64,000 bases of DNA from Candidatus Ryanbacteria bacterium CG10_big_fil_rev_8_21_14_0_10_43_42 (GTDB taxonomy: Bacteria; Patescibacteriota; Minisyncoccia; Ryanbacterales; 2-02-FULL-48-12): assembly GCA_002793915.1 (NCBI GenBank), contig PFEF01000005.1, positions 7,571 to 71,570 of the forward strand, read 5' to 3'. Below the pieces are notes generated by a model that ran no database searches, was not told where the DNA came from, and saw only the letters and a list, made by a program, of their open reading frames with translations. Positions 1-8,887 of the stretch are shown here, one piece after another. Each line of letters opens with the position of its first letter. The stretch's first letter is position 1. The position numbers were made by a program, and so were the translations under genes.

Positions 1-125
1 AAACGTTTGCGCGGAAGCAAGAAAGGGAGCTGTCAGTAAAGAAAGAGGGGAAAGATATTTAAGTAATGTTGTCATTATGCTCTTTGAATATTAATTAATA
101 ATACGAAAAGTTCGACCTGTATTGG

Positions 126-485
126 TTACTGATTTGGTCCCAAGGGAATATCGGTAAAGCTGTCAGCCCCTTGTCCAAAGATAAAATCGAGAATAAGGTT
201 TACGAATCCCCAAACGGCAACCATAACGGCAAGAAAGATAATGCCCCACACAATCATCCCGCGGGCTTCTTTTCGTTTTTCTTCATCGCCACTTGCCAGG
301 ATGTAGCGCACAATACCCAAAAGGAAGAGGAATGTGGCAAGAAGAATAAGGAAACTTATCAGGATGTTGATAATATCGGAAGCGTCTGCAAGGAGATCTT
401 CAATATTCACATTTACCTGCGCAAGGGCGATAAAAGGAAAAAGAAGAGATCCTGCCGCAATGCCGTAACGTAAACGATGTATCAT
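126..485 (-). CDS. small membrane protein, VirB2/TrbC-pilin-like paralog P1 (signal peptide + 2 TM)
   Basis: 119 aa. N-terminal signal peptide ends ...ALA|Q. Core motif LLATxxFxxGIVRYIxAxGDxxxxxEARxxIVWGIIFLAVMVAVWGFV is shared with the five upstream paralogs. Confidence 0.6.
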   Translation of the reverse strand: MIHRLRYGIAAGSLLFPFIALAQVNVNIEDLLADASDIINILISFLILLATFLFLLGIVRYILASGDEEKRKEARGMIVWGIIFLAVMVAVWGFVNLILDFIFGQGADSFTDIPLGPNQ

Positions 486-693
486 GACAAGAAAATTATA
501 TTAATAATGTCTGCCCGCGGATAAAGCAGGCAACCTGCTTGTTTGAGTAAGAATTGCATGTATGGTGCATACAATAATGACCTTTGAAAAGTACATATAA
601 ATGTATCGTAATAGTATCATGAGCCAAATAGTGTCTACAATACGCAAGAAAGGAATGTTGGGGATAGTTTTCTCCAGTGAAAATTTTCGTTCA

Positions 694-1089
694 TTACGGA
701 AGGGCGCCTTTATCAAGGCGCGGGCCGGGAGGAATTACATCATTATTATTAATGGCATTTGGGTCATCGAATACAAAGTTAAGAAGAAGCGCAACAAATC
801 CCCAGATGGCAACCATCACAGCAAGAAAGATAATACCCCATACGATAAACTTTCGTGCTTCGGCAATTTGGTCTTGGTCTCCATGTGCCGATATGTACCG
901 CACGATGCCCCACATAAATACCGCCGTTGCTAGAAGTACAAAAAAAACGATACTGGCATTGATAAAATCAGCAACGTCAACGAGAACGTCCCCAATATCA
1001 ATGTTACCCTGGGCTGATGCAAAAAACGGCAGGGATAATATGCTGTACATAACGGCTATGGGTGAGATGTATGCGTAGTGTTTGAACAT
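694..1089 (-). CDS. pilin-like small membrane protein paralog P2
   Basis: 131 aa. Signal peptide ends ...ASA|Q. Two TM helices flank a GIVRYISAHGD...EARKFIVWGIIFLAVMVAIWGF core. Confidence 0.6.
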   Translation of the reverse strand: MFKHYAYISPIAVMYSILSLPFFASAQGNIDIGDVLVDVADFINASIVFFVLLATAVFMWGIVRYISAHGDQDQIAEARKFIVWGIIFLAVMVAIWGFVALLLNFVFDDPNAINNNDVIPPGPRLDKGALP

Positions 1090-1122
1090 AATGATAATTA
1101 TGAATAAAGGACAGTACTTATA

Positions 1123-1518
1123 TTAGGGTAGTCTGTCAATTAATGCGTTCGTATTTCCTTCGGGACCCATTGGTATGGTGGTGAAATCATCTGCTTCTTT
1201 GTTAAAAAAGAAATCGAGCAAGATATTGACGAATCCCCAAACGGCAACCATAACGGCAAGAAGGATAATGCCCCATACGATAAACTTTCGCGCTTCGGTG
1301 CGCTCGTTTTCATCTCCTCCGGCGGCAATATAGCGAACAATACCCCAGAGAAAAAGGAATGTGGCGCCTAAGATGGCGAGGGATATAAGGATGTTGAAAA
1401 GAATGGAAAAAGAATCAAGAACATTGAAAATATCATCTCCCGAAAACTGCGCGAGTACCGCTCCGGGAACGGCAAGAAAAGAAAGGGAAGGCAGGATGTA
1501 GTGTAGAAATGTTTTCAT
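1123..1518 (-). CDS. pilin-like small membrane protein paralog P3
   Basis: 131 aa. Signal peptide ends ...VLA|Q. Same two-TM core (WGIVRYIAAGGDENERTEARKFIVWGIILLAVMVAVWGF). Confidence 0.6.
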   Translation of the reverse strand: MKTFLHYILPSLSFLAVPGAVLAQFSGDDIFNVLDSFSILFNILISLAILGATFLFLWGIVRYIAAGGDENERTEARKFIVWGIILLAVMVAVWGFVNILLDFFFNKEADDFTTIPMGPEGNTNALIDRLP

Positions 1519-1541
1519 GTTTTGTGCGGTGCTGATATTGT

Positions 1542-1838
1542 CTATATGGGCTGTACGATATCTATGGGAATGGTTGGTGCCGGATCAAGGCCTGATCCGA
1601 AAACGAATCCGAAAAGCAGTGCAACAAGTCCCCATACGGCGGTAACGACGGCAAGAGAGACGATGCCCCAGACAATAAATCTTCGTGCTTCAGCGATTTG
1701 GTCTTCATTTCCGCCGGCAGTGAGGTAGCGGACAATACCCCACATAAATACCGCCGTTGCCGTTACCATTAAAAGAGGAATAACGATATTATTTAGAAGA
1801 AGCGCAATATTATGCAGTATGGCATCTATAGTAAGCAT
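1542..1838 (-). CDS. pilin-like small membrane protein paralog P4 (no recognisable signal peptide)
   Basis: 98 aa with the same two-TM core. Its start codon overlaps the P5 stop (TAATG on the minus strand), suggesting translational coupling. Confidence 0.55.
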   Translation of the reverse strand: MLTIDAILHNIALLLNNIVIPLLMVTATAVFMWGIVRYLTAGGNEDQIAEARRFIVWGIVSLAVVTAVWGLVALLFGFVFGSGLDPAPTIPIDIVQPI

Positions 1839-2155
1839 TATAATGCACTGAAGAAGTTAGAAATAACGAGCATGATGGCGCCGGTGCCAAACATAATAAA
1901 CATACCGACAATGCCCCAAATGATATAGCGTTTTCCCGTTGCCTGCGCTTCCTCGCTGTCAGCGCCCGCAATAAACCGGATGAGACCTATAATGAATACT
2001 ACGGTAGCGAGTACAAACAAAAATACAATGGCCGGTAATATGGCCTCATTCCATAGTTTTTTAATGATATCACCAAGCGTAGGGCTTGCCGGAATCTGTG
2101 CATGCGCCGAAGGGATGCCAAATAATAATTCCATGTAGGAAAGAATAATACTCAT
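1838..2155 (-). CDS. pilin-like small membrane protein paralog P5
   Basis: 105 aa. Signal peptide ends ...AHA|Q. Two-TM core with GxxxxGKRYIIWGIVG. Its start overlaps the P6 stop (ATGA). Confidence 0.6.
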   Translation of the reverse strand: MSIILSYMELLFGIPSAHAQIPASPTLGDIIKKLWNEAILPAIVFLFVLATVVFIIGLIRFIAGADSEEAQATGKRYIIWGIVGMFIMFGTGAIMLVISNFFSAL

Positions 2156-2589
2156 GGTACGCTAAGATTTTTAGCAAAGTTTACGATGGCCGTTGCGATA
2201 GCAAAGGCACCGATAACAATGACACCGCCGATAAGTGCCCAATAGAAAGTTGTTTTTGCCTGTTGGAGTTTTTGTTCATTTCCGCCGGACGTAACAAACA
2301 AGAACCCGGCGTAAATAAGAAAAATGGCAACGAGAGGAATGCCTATAGCAATAACGGCATTTGCGATTGCTTGTACGAGTTCGCCGAATGTTTTTGCGGC
2401 GATGGGATTGCTAATACCAAGCCCTCCGGTGGGTCCGGCAGGTGGCGGCGGTGTGGGTGTGGGTGAAGGAGGTGGTGGAGGAGGTGGTGGAAGTGATTGC
2501 GTATTCCCTGATAAGGGCAGGGTGAGTGCAAACAGGGCGAGAAGCATTGCGCGCTTTTTTGCAAAACGGATTACGGATGAAATAGTCAT
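2152..2589 (-). CDS. pilin-like small membrane protein paralog P6 with poly-Pro/Thr linker
   Basis: 145 aa: signal peptide, P8-SPTPTPPPP linker, then TM-SGGNEQKLQQAKTTFYWALIGGVIVIGAFAIA (canonical VirB2/TrbC-like layout). It is the first gene of the minus-strand array. Confidence 0.6.
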   Translation of the reverse strand: MTISSVIRFAKKRAMLLALFALTLPLSGNTQSLPPPPPPPPSPTPTPPPPAGPTGGLGISNPIAAKTFGELVQAIANAVIAIGIPLVAIFLIYAGFLFVTSGGNEQKLQQAKTTFYWALIGGVIVIGAFAIATAIVNFAKNLSVP

Positions 2590-2707
2590 GTAATTATAAT
2601 ACTACAGAAAAAGAAACTGCTATAGAGGATTATCCACAGAACAGAGAAAGTATAGCGGAATTCTATAGTATAATGAAAAGCATTATAAGATATTAACTAT
2701 TGTAACC

Positions 2708-5143
2708 ATGATACGCGCGCGCTTTTCCTTTATGCACATACTTTTTTCTGTCGTATTTGGCGTGGGAGGTATGCTGGCGTTATTTTTTACATTCACGTAT
2801 GCACAGTCATCAGCGTGTCATCTTTTGAATTCAAGCAATCCGGTTCCGCAGGGATATGGTGCCGCATATAATTCATTTTCAACAGGAAGAGAGCTTATTG
2901 CCGAGACGTTCTGTGACAATAATACCGTATCTGTTGTGGTAGGACAAAATGAAGATCAAAGTACGGTGGCGGTATGGAAACAGGGGTGGAAATGGAACGG
3001 ATCGTCGTGGTCGGAGATAACACTTTCCGGAACGCCGTTCACGGAAGATAGTAACTGGATTTTAGGAACGGGGCGCGTATTTATTCCGAGCAGTTCTTTT
3101 TCGGAAGGAGTACATGCGGTGGCGGTATTCGCCTGTGTTCTTGAGGGGGGTAATTGGCAATGCGGGTGTCGCGATAACTCTTGCGGTACCAGTAATTGGA
3201 TGCTTCAGCAATTTGCTGTTTCCTCAACACTTCCTCCGTCACCGAGCGGATGTATAGGCGCACCGCAGGGAGTGTGCGATGCGTACGATAACGGAACGGC
3301 AACGGGTACATACTGCAAAGACGGAAATACCCGTACCGTAACGGGGGATCCGGATTATGTATTTTGGGCCGCAAACAACACTATTTACCATCGTCTTTCC
3401 GCGCATGTCTTTATTGAGGTGTCTACGGGAGAATGGGATGCCGGACAAGCGGTATGCGAATCGGTGGAAAGCGCGCTTGATGTTGGCGGCGGCGGACAGT
3501 CATGTATAGGCGCACCGCAAGGAGTGTGCGATGCGTATTTAAATGAAACGGCCACCGGTACATACTGCAAAAATGGCATAATGAGTACCGTAACAGGGAC
3601 GCCCGAATATGTATATTGGGGTGCAAATAATACTATTTATCACCGCATGGCACACAATGTATTTGCCGATGTTCCCCAAGCAGATTGGGACGTATACGAG
3701 ACAGCATGTCAGGCAGGTACGACGCCAAACGGGTGCACGGGCGCGCCACAAGGAGTATGTACGGCATATATTAATGAATCGGCAACGGGCACGTATTGCA
3801 ATGACGGCGTGGAAAGTACCGTGACGGGAGATCCGGATTATGTATATTGGGGTGGGAACGATACCATTTATCATCGTCTTTACGATAGGGTTTTTAATAC
3901 GATTTCAAAAAGCGAATGGGACGGCACGAAAGCTATTTGTGCGGCGGAAGAATCGATTGCCAACTCGATAGTGCAGTGTAAGGGCGCGCCTCAAGGAGTG
4001 TGTGATGCGTATACAAACGGCATAGCAACGGGTACATACTGTAAAGACGGAAATACCCGTACCGTAACGGGAGATCCGGATTATGTATTTTGGGCGGGGA
4101 ATAATACTATTTATTATCGTCTGGGGACTGGTTCATTCGTACCGATTTCAGAGGCGGACTGGAATGCCGGACAGGCGGCATGCGGGAATGAATCGGTGCC
4201 ACGGTGCATAGGCGCGCCTCAAGGAGTGTGTGATGCGTATACAAATGGTACAGCAACAGGCACGTATTGTACGGATGCAAGTACCCGTACCGTAACGGGA
4301 GATCCGGATTATGTATTTTGGGGTGGGAACGATACTATTTACTACCGGCTTGCCGAAGGAGTATTCATACCCGTACCGCGTTCCGAATGGGATGCCGGGC
4401 AGAGTGCCTGTGAGGCAATGGAAAGCCAGCTTTCTTTGGGTACCGCATGCGTAGGCGCTCCGCAGGAATTGTGTACAGCATACAATAATGGAACGGCAAC
4501 GGGTAATTATTGTGCGCATGGCATAATGAGTACGGTTGCGGGAGACCCTGATTATGCATACTGGGGTCCTACCGATACTATTTATTACCGTCTTGCTCAT
4601 AACGTTTTTGTTCCGGTGGCGCGCAATGAATGGGACGCATATGAACAAGCATGCCTTCTTGGTATTAATAATGAAAACAGATGTGAGGGAGCATCAAGTT
4701 TTGTGTGTGACACCTATAAGGAGGGTATCGCTACAGGAACATATTGTCGGTATGGTGCGGAAAGTACCGTAACGGGAGATCCGGATTATGTATATGACGG
4801 TTTTTCCGACACTATTCACTATCGTTTGTGGGATGGTGTGTTTGAAACAGTGTTGAGTCCTAGTTGGGCGGCGGGACAAGCGGTATGTGCGTTGGAAGAG
4901 TCGGTGCGGAATACCTATACAACATGTACGGGCGCGCCGCAAGGGGTATGTAATGCGTATAATAACGGAACGGCAACGGGTACATACTGCAAAGACGGAA
5001 ATACCCGTACCGTAACGGGGGATCCGGATTATGTATTTTGGGGCGGGAACGATACCATTTACTACCGGCTTGATAAAGGATCTTTTGCGGAAATACCCCG
5101 TGCTACCTGGGATGCATTTCAAACACAATGCGATAGTATGTAA
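2708..5143 (+). CDS. secreted repeat protein: N-terminal signal/TM + 8 tandem ~80-aa four-cysteine repeats
   Basis: 811 aa. Repeat consensus C-x-GAPQGVCDAY-N-TATGTYC-DG-RTVTGDPDYVFWGGNDTIYYRL...W-D-Q-C. Repeats 1, 4 and 8 share a ~67-nt identical DNA stretch. Confidence 0.8.
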   Translation: MIRARFSFMHILFSVVFGVGGMLALFFTFTYAQSSACHLLNSSNPVPQGYGAAYNSFSTGRELIAETFCDNNTVSVVVGQNEDQSTVAVWKQGWKWNGSSWSEITLSGTPFTEDSNWILGTGRVFIPSSSFSEGVHAVAVFACVLEGGNWQCGCRDNSCGTSNWMLQQFAVSSTLPPSPSGCIGAPQGVCDAYDNGTATGTYCKDGNTRTVTGDPDYVFWAANNTIYHRLSAHVFIEVSTGEWDAGQAVCESVESALDVGGGGQSCIGAPQGVCDAYLNETATGTYCKNGIMSTVTGTPEYVYWGANNTIYHRMAHNVFADVPQADWDVYETACQAGTTPNGCTGAPQGVCTAYINESATGTYCNDGVESTVTGDPDYVYWGGNDTIYHRLYDRVFNTISKSEWDGTKAICAAEESIANSIVQCKGAPQGVCDAYTNGIATGTYCKDGNTRTVTGDPDYVFWAGNNTIYYRLGTGSFVPISEADWNAGQAACGNESVPRCIGAPQGVCDAYTNGTATGTYCTDASTRTVTGDPDYVFWGGNDTIYYRLAEGVFIPVPRSEWDAGQSACEAMESQLSLGTACVGAPQELCTAYNNGTATGNYCAHGIMSTVAGDPDYAYWGPTDTIYYRLAHNVFVPVARNEWDAYEQACLLGINNENRCEGASSFVCDTYKEGIATGTYCRYGAESTVTGDPDYVYDGFSDTIHYRLWDGVFETVLSPSWAAGQAVCALEESVRNTYTTCTGAPQGVCNAYNNGTATGTYCKDGNTRTVTGDPDYVFWGGNDTIYYRLDKGSFAEIPRATWDAFQTQCDSM

Positions 5144-5164
5144 TTGCACATAATACAGACAAAA

Positions 5165-5193
5165 ATCCGTTATTTATATAACGGATTTTTGTT
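5165..5193. terminator. bidirectional Rho-independent terminator between convergent genes
   Basis: 8-bp stem atccgtta/taacggat with loop tttata. T-runs follow on both strands. Confidence 0.6.
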
Positions 5194-5215
5194 TAGGCAC
5201 CATTTATGGTGTGTC

Positions 5216-5776
5216 TCAAAGGGGAGTTCCGGTGGGACAAAAACTTAATCCCAGTTCTTTGCCGATGTATTTATCATTGACGCTTTGTGGGACACGGACG
5301 GAAATTTTTAATGTACATGCCTGTTGTGGTGTAATATCCAGAAGCATAAGCAGGTCACGTTCCATTTCAGCACGTACAAAAGGGATATTGGAGCCGTTGT
5401 TTATGCTTACGGTAAAGCTTGTATCCGGCGGGTAATACAAAAGCGTATACGAAGTTTGTTCGTCGTGGAGAAATACAATATGTTCTTCGGTGATTATGAT
5501 CGTGGGATCCGTATAAAAATTATGTACGGACATTGGCTCACCGGACCAGTCGTTAACGGTGAACGTATCTCCCGTAGGTAAGGGGGGTGCGGTAATATTT
5601 CCGTCCCCGGTATTCGATCCCGGTATTGTTCCGGGAACGGGAAGCCCGTTTTGACCGGGATTAATTATGACGTCCGGAGGCGTCACGGATGTACGAAAAA
5701 AGAACGCGTATATACCGAAACCAGTAATACTGACTACGACTATAACTATAACAATAAGTAAATGGCGAATATTCAT
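5216..5776 (-). CDS. hypothetical membrane-anchored protein
   Basis: 186 aa with an N-terminal TM helix (LLIVIVIVVVSITGFGIYAFFF) and a Pro/Gly-rich segment. No recognisable domain. Confidence 0.5.
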   Translation of the reverse strand: MNIRHLLIVIVIVVVSITGFGIYAFFFRTSVTPPDVIINPGQNGLPVPGTIPGSNTGDGNITAPPLPTGDTFTVNDWSGEPMSVHNFYTDPTIIITEEHIVFLHDEQTSYTLLYYPPDTSFTVSINNGSNIPFVRAEMERDLLMLLDITPQQACTLKISVRVPQSVNDKYIGKELGLSFCPTGTPL

Positions 5777-5841
5777 AAATGTACTGTACTATAAATCATG
5801 ATTTTAAAAAATGACGTATAAGTAAATGATAAAAGATGTAA

Positions 5842-7008
5842 TTATAATAGATTACAGTCGCCGGCGGTTGACCAATCTTTCCAGGTATTCCCCGCTTCCG
5901 CATATACCTGACATGCTGCCTTAATGTTTGATTTGGCATTTTTTGCCGCAACAACACAGCTTGTATAGAGGCTTTGGTTTACAATGACATACTTGCCTCC
6001 GCTCAACTGAAATGCGGATGGACAATTGAGTCCTGCCACTGAATGAACAGCTATATTGATTTGAAACAGTCCGATGGAGAAAGGGCAATTATTGGGTGGA
6101 TAAGGCGCGGGGCATCCGCCTCCGGTGGCGCGGTCCACCGTGCTTTCTCTCGTCGGGTTACCCGCGCTTTCAGCGCCACATATCTGCGATGCTTGGTTTG
6201 CCACGGATGCAAAGCATGAGGAAGGAGAAGAAAGAGCGGAGACAGAGCACGGTCCGATGCTTACCGGACTGCATGTTCCCCCTCCCGCCGCCGGACAGTT
6301 ATCTCCCGGATTATTATCTTGGCACGTTGTCCATACTTTGCCGTATGTCGCGTTCTCGGTACATACTTGAGAGCCGCTTGCCGGTCCGCAACCCATAAAA
6401 TTACATGCCTGGGTATCTCCCAAATTTTCCGTACAAATCTCAAAGCATGCTGTGTCCCATATACCGTTTAAACACGCTTGTGTACCAGCACCTCCGGAGG
6501 TGGTTGTGCACGCACGCGTTGGTGTAGCTGTCGGGTCGCATGCTTCCGCGCCTCCTCCCCCTCCTCCGCCGCCCGTAAATGCTGGAACGATACGTGCCTG
6601 ACAGGTAGGAAAATCGTTCCAGGGAAGACCGCCTCCGAAGTTTTTAAATCCGATTGTGGAAAGAAGAGTGCTGATAATAACCCATGCGGCAAATGCAATG
6701 AGAATACCGATAATTGTGTTGTATAGAGCGGCTTTTCCGGTTTCGAGTTGTCCGGGGTTTCCGCGGGATGTAAGAAGGAGTATACCGCCTATAAGAAGGG
6801 ATATAACGGCTACCGGAAGAATAAACTTAAAGAGGATAAAATCGATAATATTCTTGACGAGTACATATAAGTCGCATAAATCGCATGCTTTTGTATCCCC
6901 GCAGGGAACAAGACCGCCACTTTGCGCATGTGCCATGTCACCCAATAATACGCCGCCTAATCCGAAAAGGAGAACAATAATAAAGAGAGTTGTAAGGATG
7001 CGGCGCAT
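5842..7008 (-). CDS. fusion protein: VirB2/TrbC-pilin-like N-domain + poly-Gly + Cys-rich VirB1/IagB-like lytic transglycosylase (SLT) C-domain
   Basis: 388 aa. Signal peptide ends AHA|Q, then two TM helices with SRGNPGQLETGKAALYNTIIG (pilin-like), then G8. The C-terminal domain carries AESAGNP...GLFQIN, matching the catalytic ES and GLMQIN motifs of SLT family 1. Confidence 0.55.
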   Translation of the reverse strand: MRRILTTLFIIVLLFGLGGVLLGDMAHAQSGGLVPCGDTKACDLCDLYVLVKNIIDFILFKFILPVAVISLLIGGILLLTSRGNPGQLETGKAALYNTIIGILIAFAAWVIISTLLSTIGFKNFGGGLPWNDFPTCQARIVPAFTGGGGGGGGAEACDPTATPTRACTTTSGGAGTQACLNGIWDTACFEICTENLGDTQACNFMGCGPASGSQVCTENATYGKVWTTCQDNNPGDNCPAAGGGTCSPVSIGPCSVSALSSPSSCFASVANQASQICGAESAGNPTRESTVDRATGGGCPAPYPPNNCPFSIGLFQINIAVHSVAGLNCPSAFQLSGGKYVIVNQSLYTSCVVAAKNAKSNIKAACQVYAEAGNTWKDWSTAGDCNLL

Positions 7009-7025
7009 AGTTATGGTGTGTATTA

Positions 7026-8336
7026 TTATTTTCTATCGTCGAGTAAGGTTGTAAGGCGTGCATGCGCTTCCGTTGCCGCGGTGTGCGGTTCGCGCCCGGC
7101 CAAAACGGCTTGTATCATATTTGTAAAAATGGTATCGGTTTCTTTTTCATGCGGATCATACCAGGTACGCGCCCGACGCGCCTCTTCATACATAATCGAA
7201 AAAATAGAATTTTCATGTCCGCGAGCAAGTACTGATCTTCGCACCGGCGCCATGCCAAAATTGGCGGCTATAAAGGGCGCTATGTCTTCCGAAGCAAAAA
7301 ATTTAGCAACTTGCCACGCCTCTTCCTGGTTGGTTGATGTTCGGGATACCACGAATCCTTCCGTGCGTCCGTATCCCATACGAAGAGGGGCATCCGTATA
7401 TTGAGGTACTAACGCTACCCCTATATTTACATGCACATTTGCTTTCATAATATCCGTAAGGTCACTGGCACGACCGACAAACATGGCGAGATCTTCGCGT
7501 GCAAAAGCCGATACGGGATTGGAGAATGTGCTATTCCAGCTGTAGGATGTTTTTTCTCTCTTGCCAAAATCCGTATAGAATCGAAGAGCCGATTCCGTAG
7601 GAGAAACATTAATGGAGTTTATGATGCGGCTTTCTCCCAGCGTGACATCTTTTGTTGCCGGATCAACAATAGCAGTGCCTCCCTGTAGAATAAGCAAGCT
7701 CATAATATCTTTTGCGTGTGGGATATTACGCGCAAGACCCATGGCGGATCCTGCACGCGTGATATTATCGCCCCCATTTTTTTTGGTAAGACGGATGCTT
7801 TGAATAAGAAATTCATCCCACGTGGTGGGCGGCAAGGACAGCGCCTCTCCGGCAAATAAATCTTTATTCCAAAATAGCACGAGAGGATCAATGGCGAGAG
7901 GAATGCCGAGGATGAGGCCATTTTGAAAAAATATATCACCGGCGGCTTCAATGTTTGTTTCTTCAAATTCTCTTTGAGTCATGTAAACGGAGGGTACCGG
8001 TGTTATCTTGTCTCGCATACGATGAAGCATGGTGTCGGGAATAAGCCACATATCAGGACCCGTGTCTATAGCAAGAGCGTTGATGAGATCATTTTCGAAT
8101 GTATCCGAACTTTTTTCAACGTAGGAAATTTTAATACTTGAATACTCCCGTTCGAATAAATCAATACTATCTTTCATGACGGAGTACGGATGTATGCCCC
8201 ATATGGTAAGGAATGTTTTTCTATTTGTATTGCGAATACCGGGGATAATACCAAGTAAAATAAGTACCACGACAAAAATAATGGCAATGGTGCCGATATA
8301 AATGGCAAGCTGGAGTTTGCTAGTTTCTTTATTCAT
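7026..8336 (-). CDS. extracellular solute-binding protein (ABC transporter, family 1-like)
   Basis: 436 aa. N-terminal TM anchor; the overall layout is consistent with MalE-type periplasmic binding proteins. Confidence 0.55.
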   Translation of the reverse strand: MNKETSKLQLAIYIGTIAIIFVVVLILLGIIPGIRNTNRKTFLTIWGIHPYSVMKDSIDLFEREYSSIKISYVEKSSDTFENDLINALAIDTGPDMWLIPDTMLHRMRDKITPVPSVYMTQREFEETNIEAAGDIFFQNGLILGIPLAIDPLVLFWNKDLFAGEALSLPPTTWDEFLIQSIRLTKKNGGDNITRAGSAMGLARNIPHAKDIMSLLILQGGTAIVDPATKDVTLGESRIINSINVSPTESALRFYTDFGKREKTSYSWNSTFSNPVSAFAREDLAMFVGRASDLTDIMKANVHVNIGVALVPQYTDAPLRMGYGRTEGFVVSRTSTNQEEAWQVAKFFASEDIAPFIAANFGMAPVRRSVLARGHENSIFSIMYEEARRARTWYDPHEKETDTIFTNMIQAVLAGREPHTAATEAHARLTTLLDDRK

Positions 8337-8344
8337 AGCATTGC

Positions 8345-8887
8345 TTATTTACCGCCATCCGTTTTTTTAAATAACATACCATAGTGATGTGATCCGGCAC
8401 TGAATTCTTTATCAAATACAAATCCTTCCTGTATCAGTAAATGTTCCACTTCCTTGCGGGGAACACGATATGGCAAAGGAGGCCCCGTATCCGATCCGCC
8501 TTCATCCCAATCGATAACGGCAGTATATCCGCGGGGTTTAAGTATGCGCCATGCCTCTTTAATAACAGCATTCTTTTTATCCGTCTGAAACAGTATATTA
8601 GCTATAAGAACAAAATCGATGGCGGTATCGGCAAGGCCGGAACCGCGTGGGCGTTCTACATCGGCACGGATTGATTCAATATGGTGGATACCGGCGGTTT
8701 CCGCTTGAGAGCGTACGGCTTCCAATGCTTCTGTTTGTACGTCAATGGCATATACGATTCCTCCGGGTCCTGTTAATTTTGCAAGCGAGAGCGCCCAGTG
8801 TCCGCCGCCGGTGCCAAAATCGGCAATATGCATGCCGGGCAAAATATTAAATGCTTTTGCAACAACGTCGGGGTGTAAAAATGCCAT
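8345..8887 (-). CDS. class I SAM-dependent methyltransferase
   Basis: 180 aa. Motif I is DFGTGGGHWALSLAK, followed by an acidic motif II (VYAIDV). Confidence 0.7.
   Translation of the reverse strand: MAFLHPDVVAKAFNILPGMHIADFGTGGGHWALSLAKLTGPGGIVYAIDVQTEALEAVRSQAETAGIHHIESIRADVERPRGSGLADTAIDFVLIANILFQTDKKNAVIKEAWRILKPRGYTAVIDWDEGGSDTGPPLPYRVPRKEVEHLLIQEGFVFDKEFSAGSHHYGMLFKKTDGGK

Noticed and set aside
171-1728. Plus-strand ORFs 171..473, 601..933, 677..1078 and 1522..1728 overlapping the pilin-like genes
   Set aside because: They are antisense to well-supported paralogous minus-strand genes and have low-complexity, basic, implausible translations. They are shadow ORFs.
3081-5149. Many minus-strand ORFs inside the repeat-protein gene (e.g. 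3539..3874, 4148..4648, 4694..5149)
   Set aside because: Antisense of a strongly supported 811-aa repeat ORF. Their length is a by-product of the repeat sequence and codon bias.
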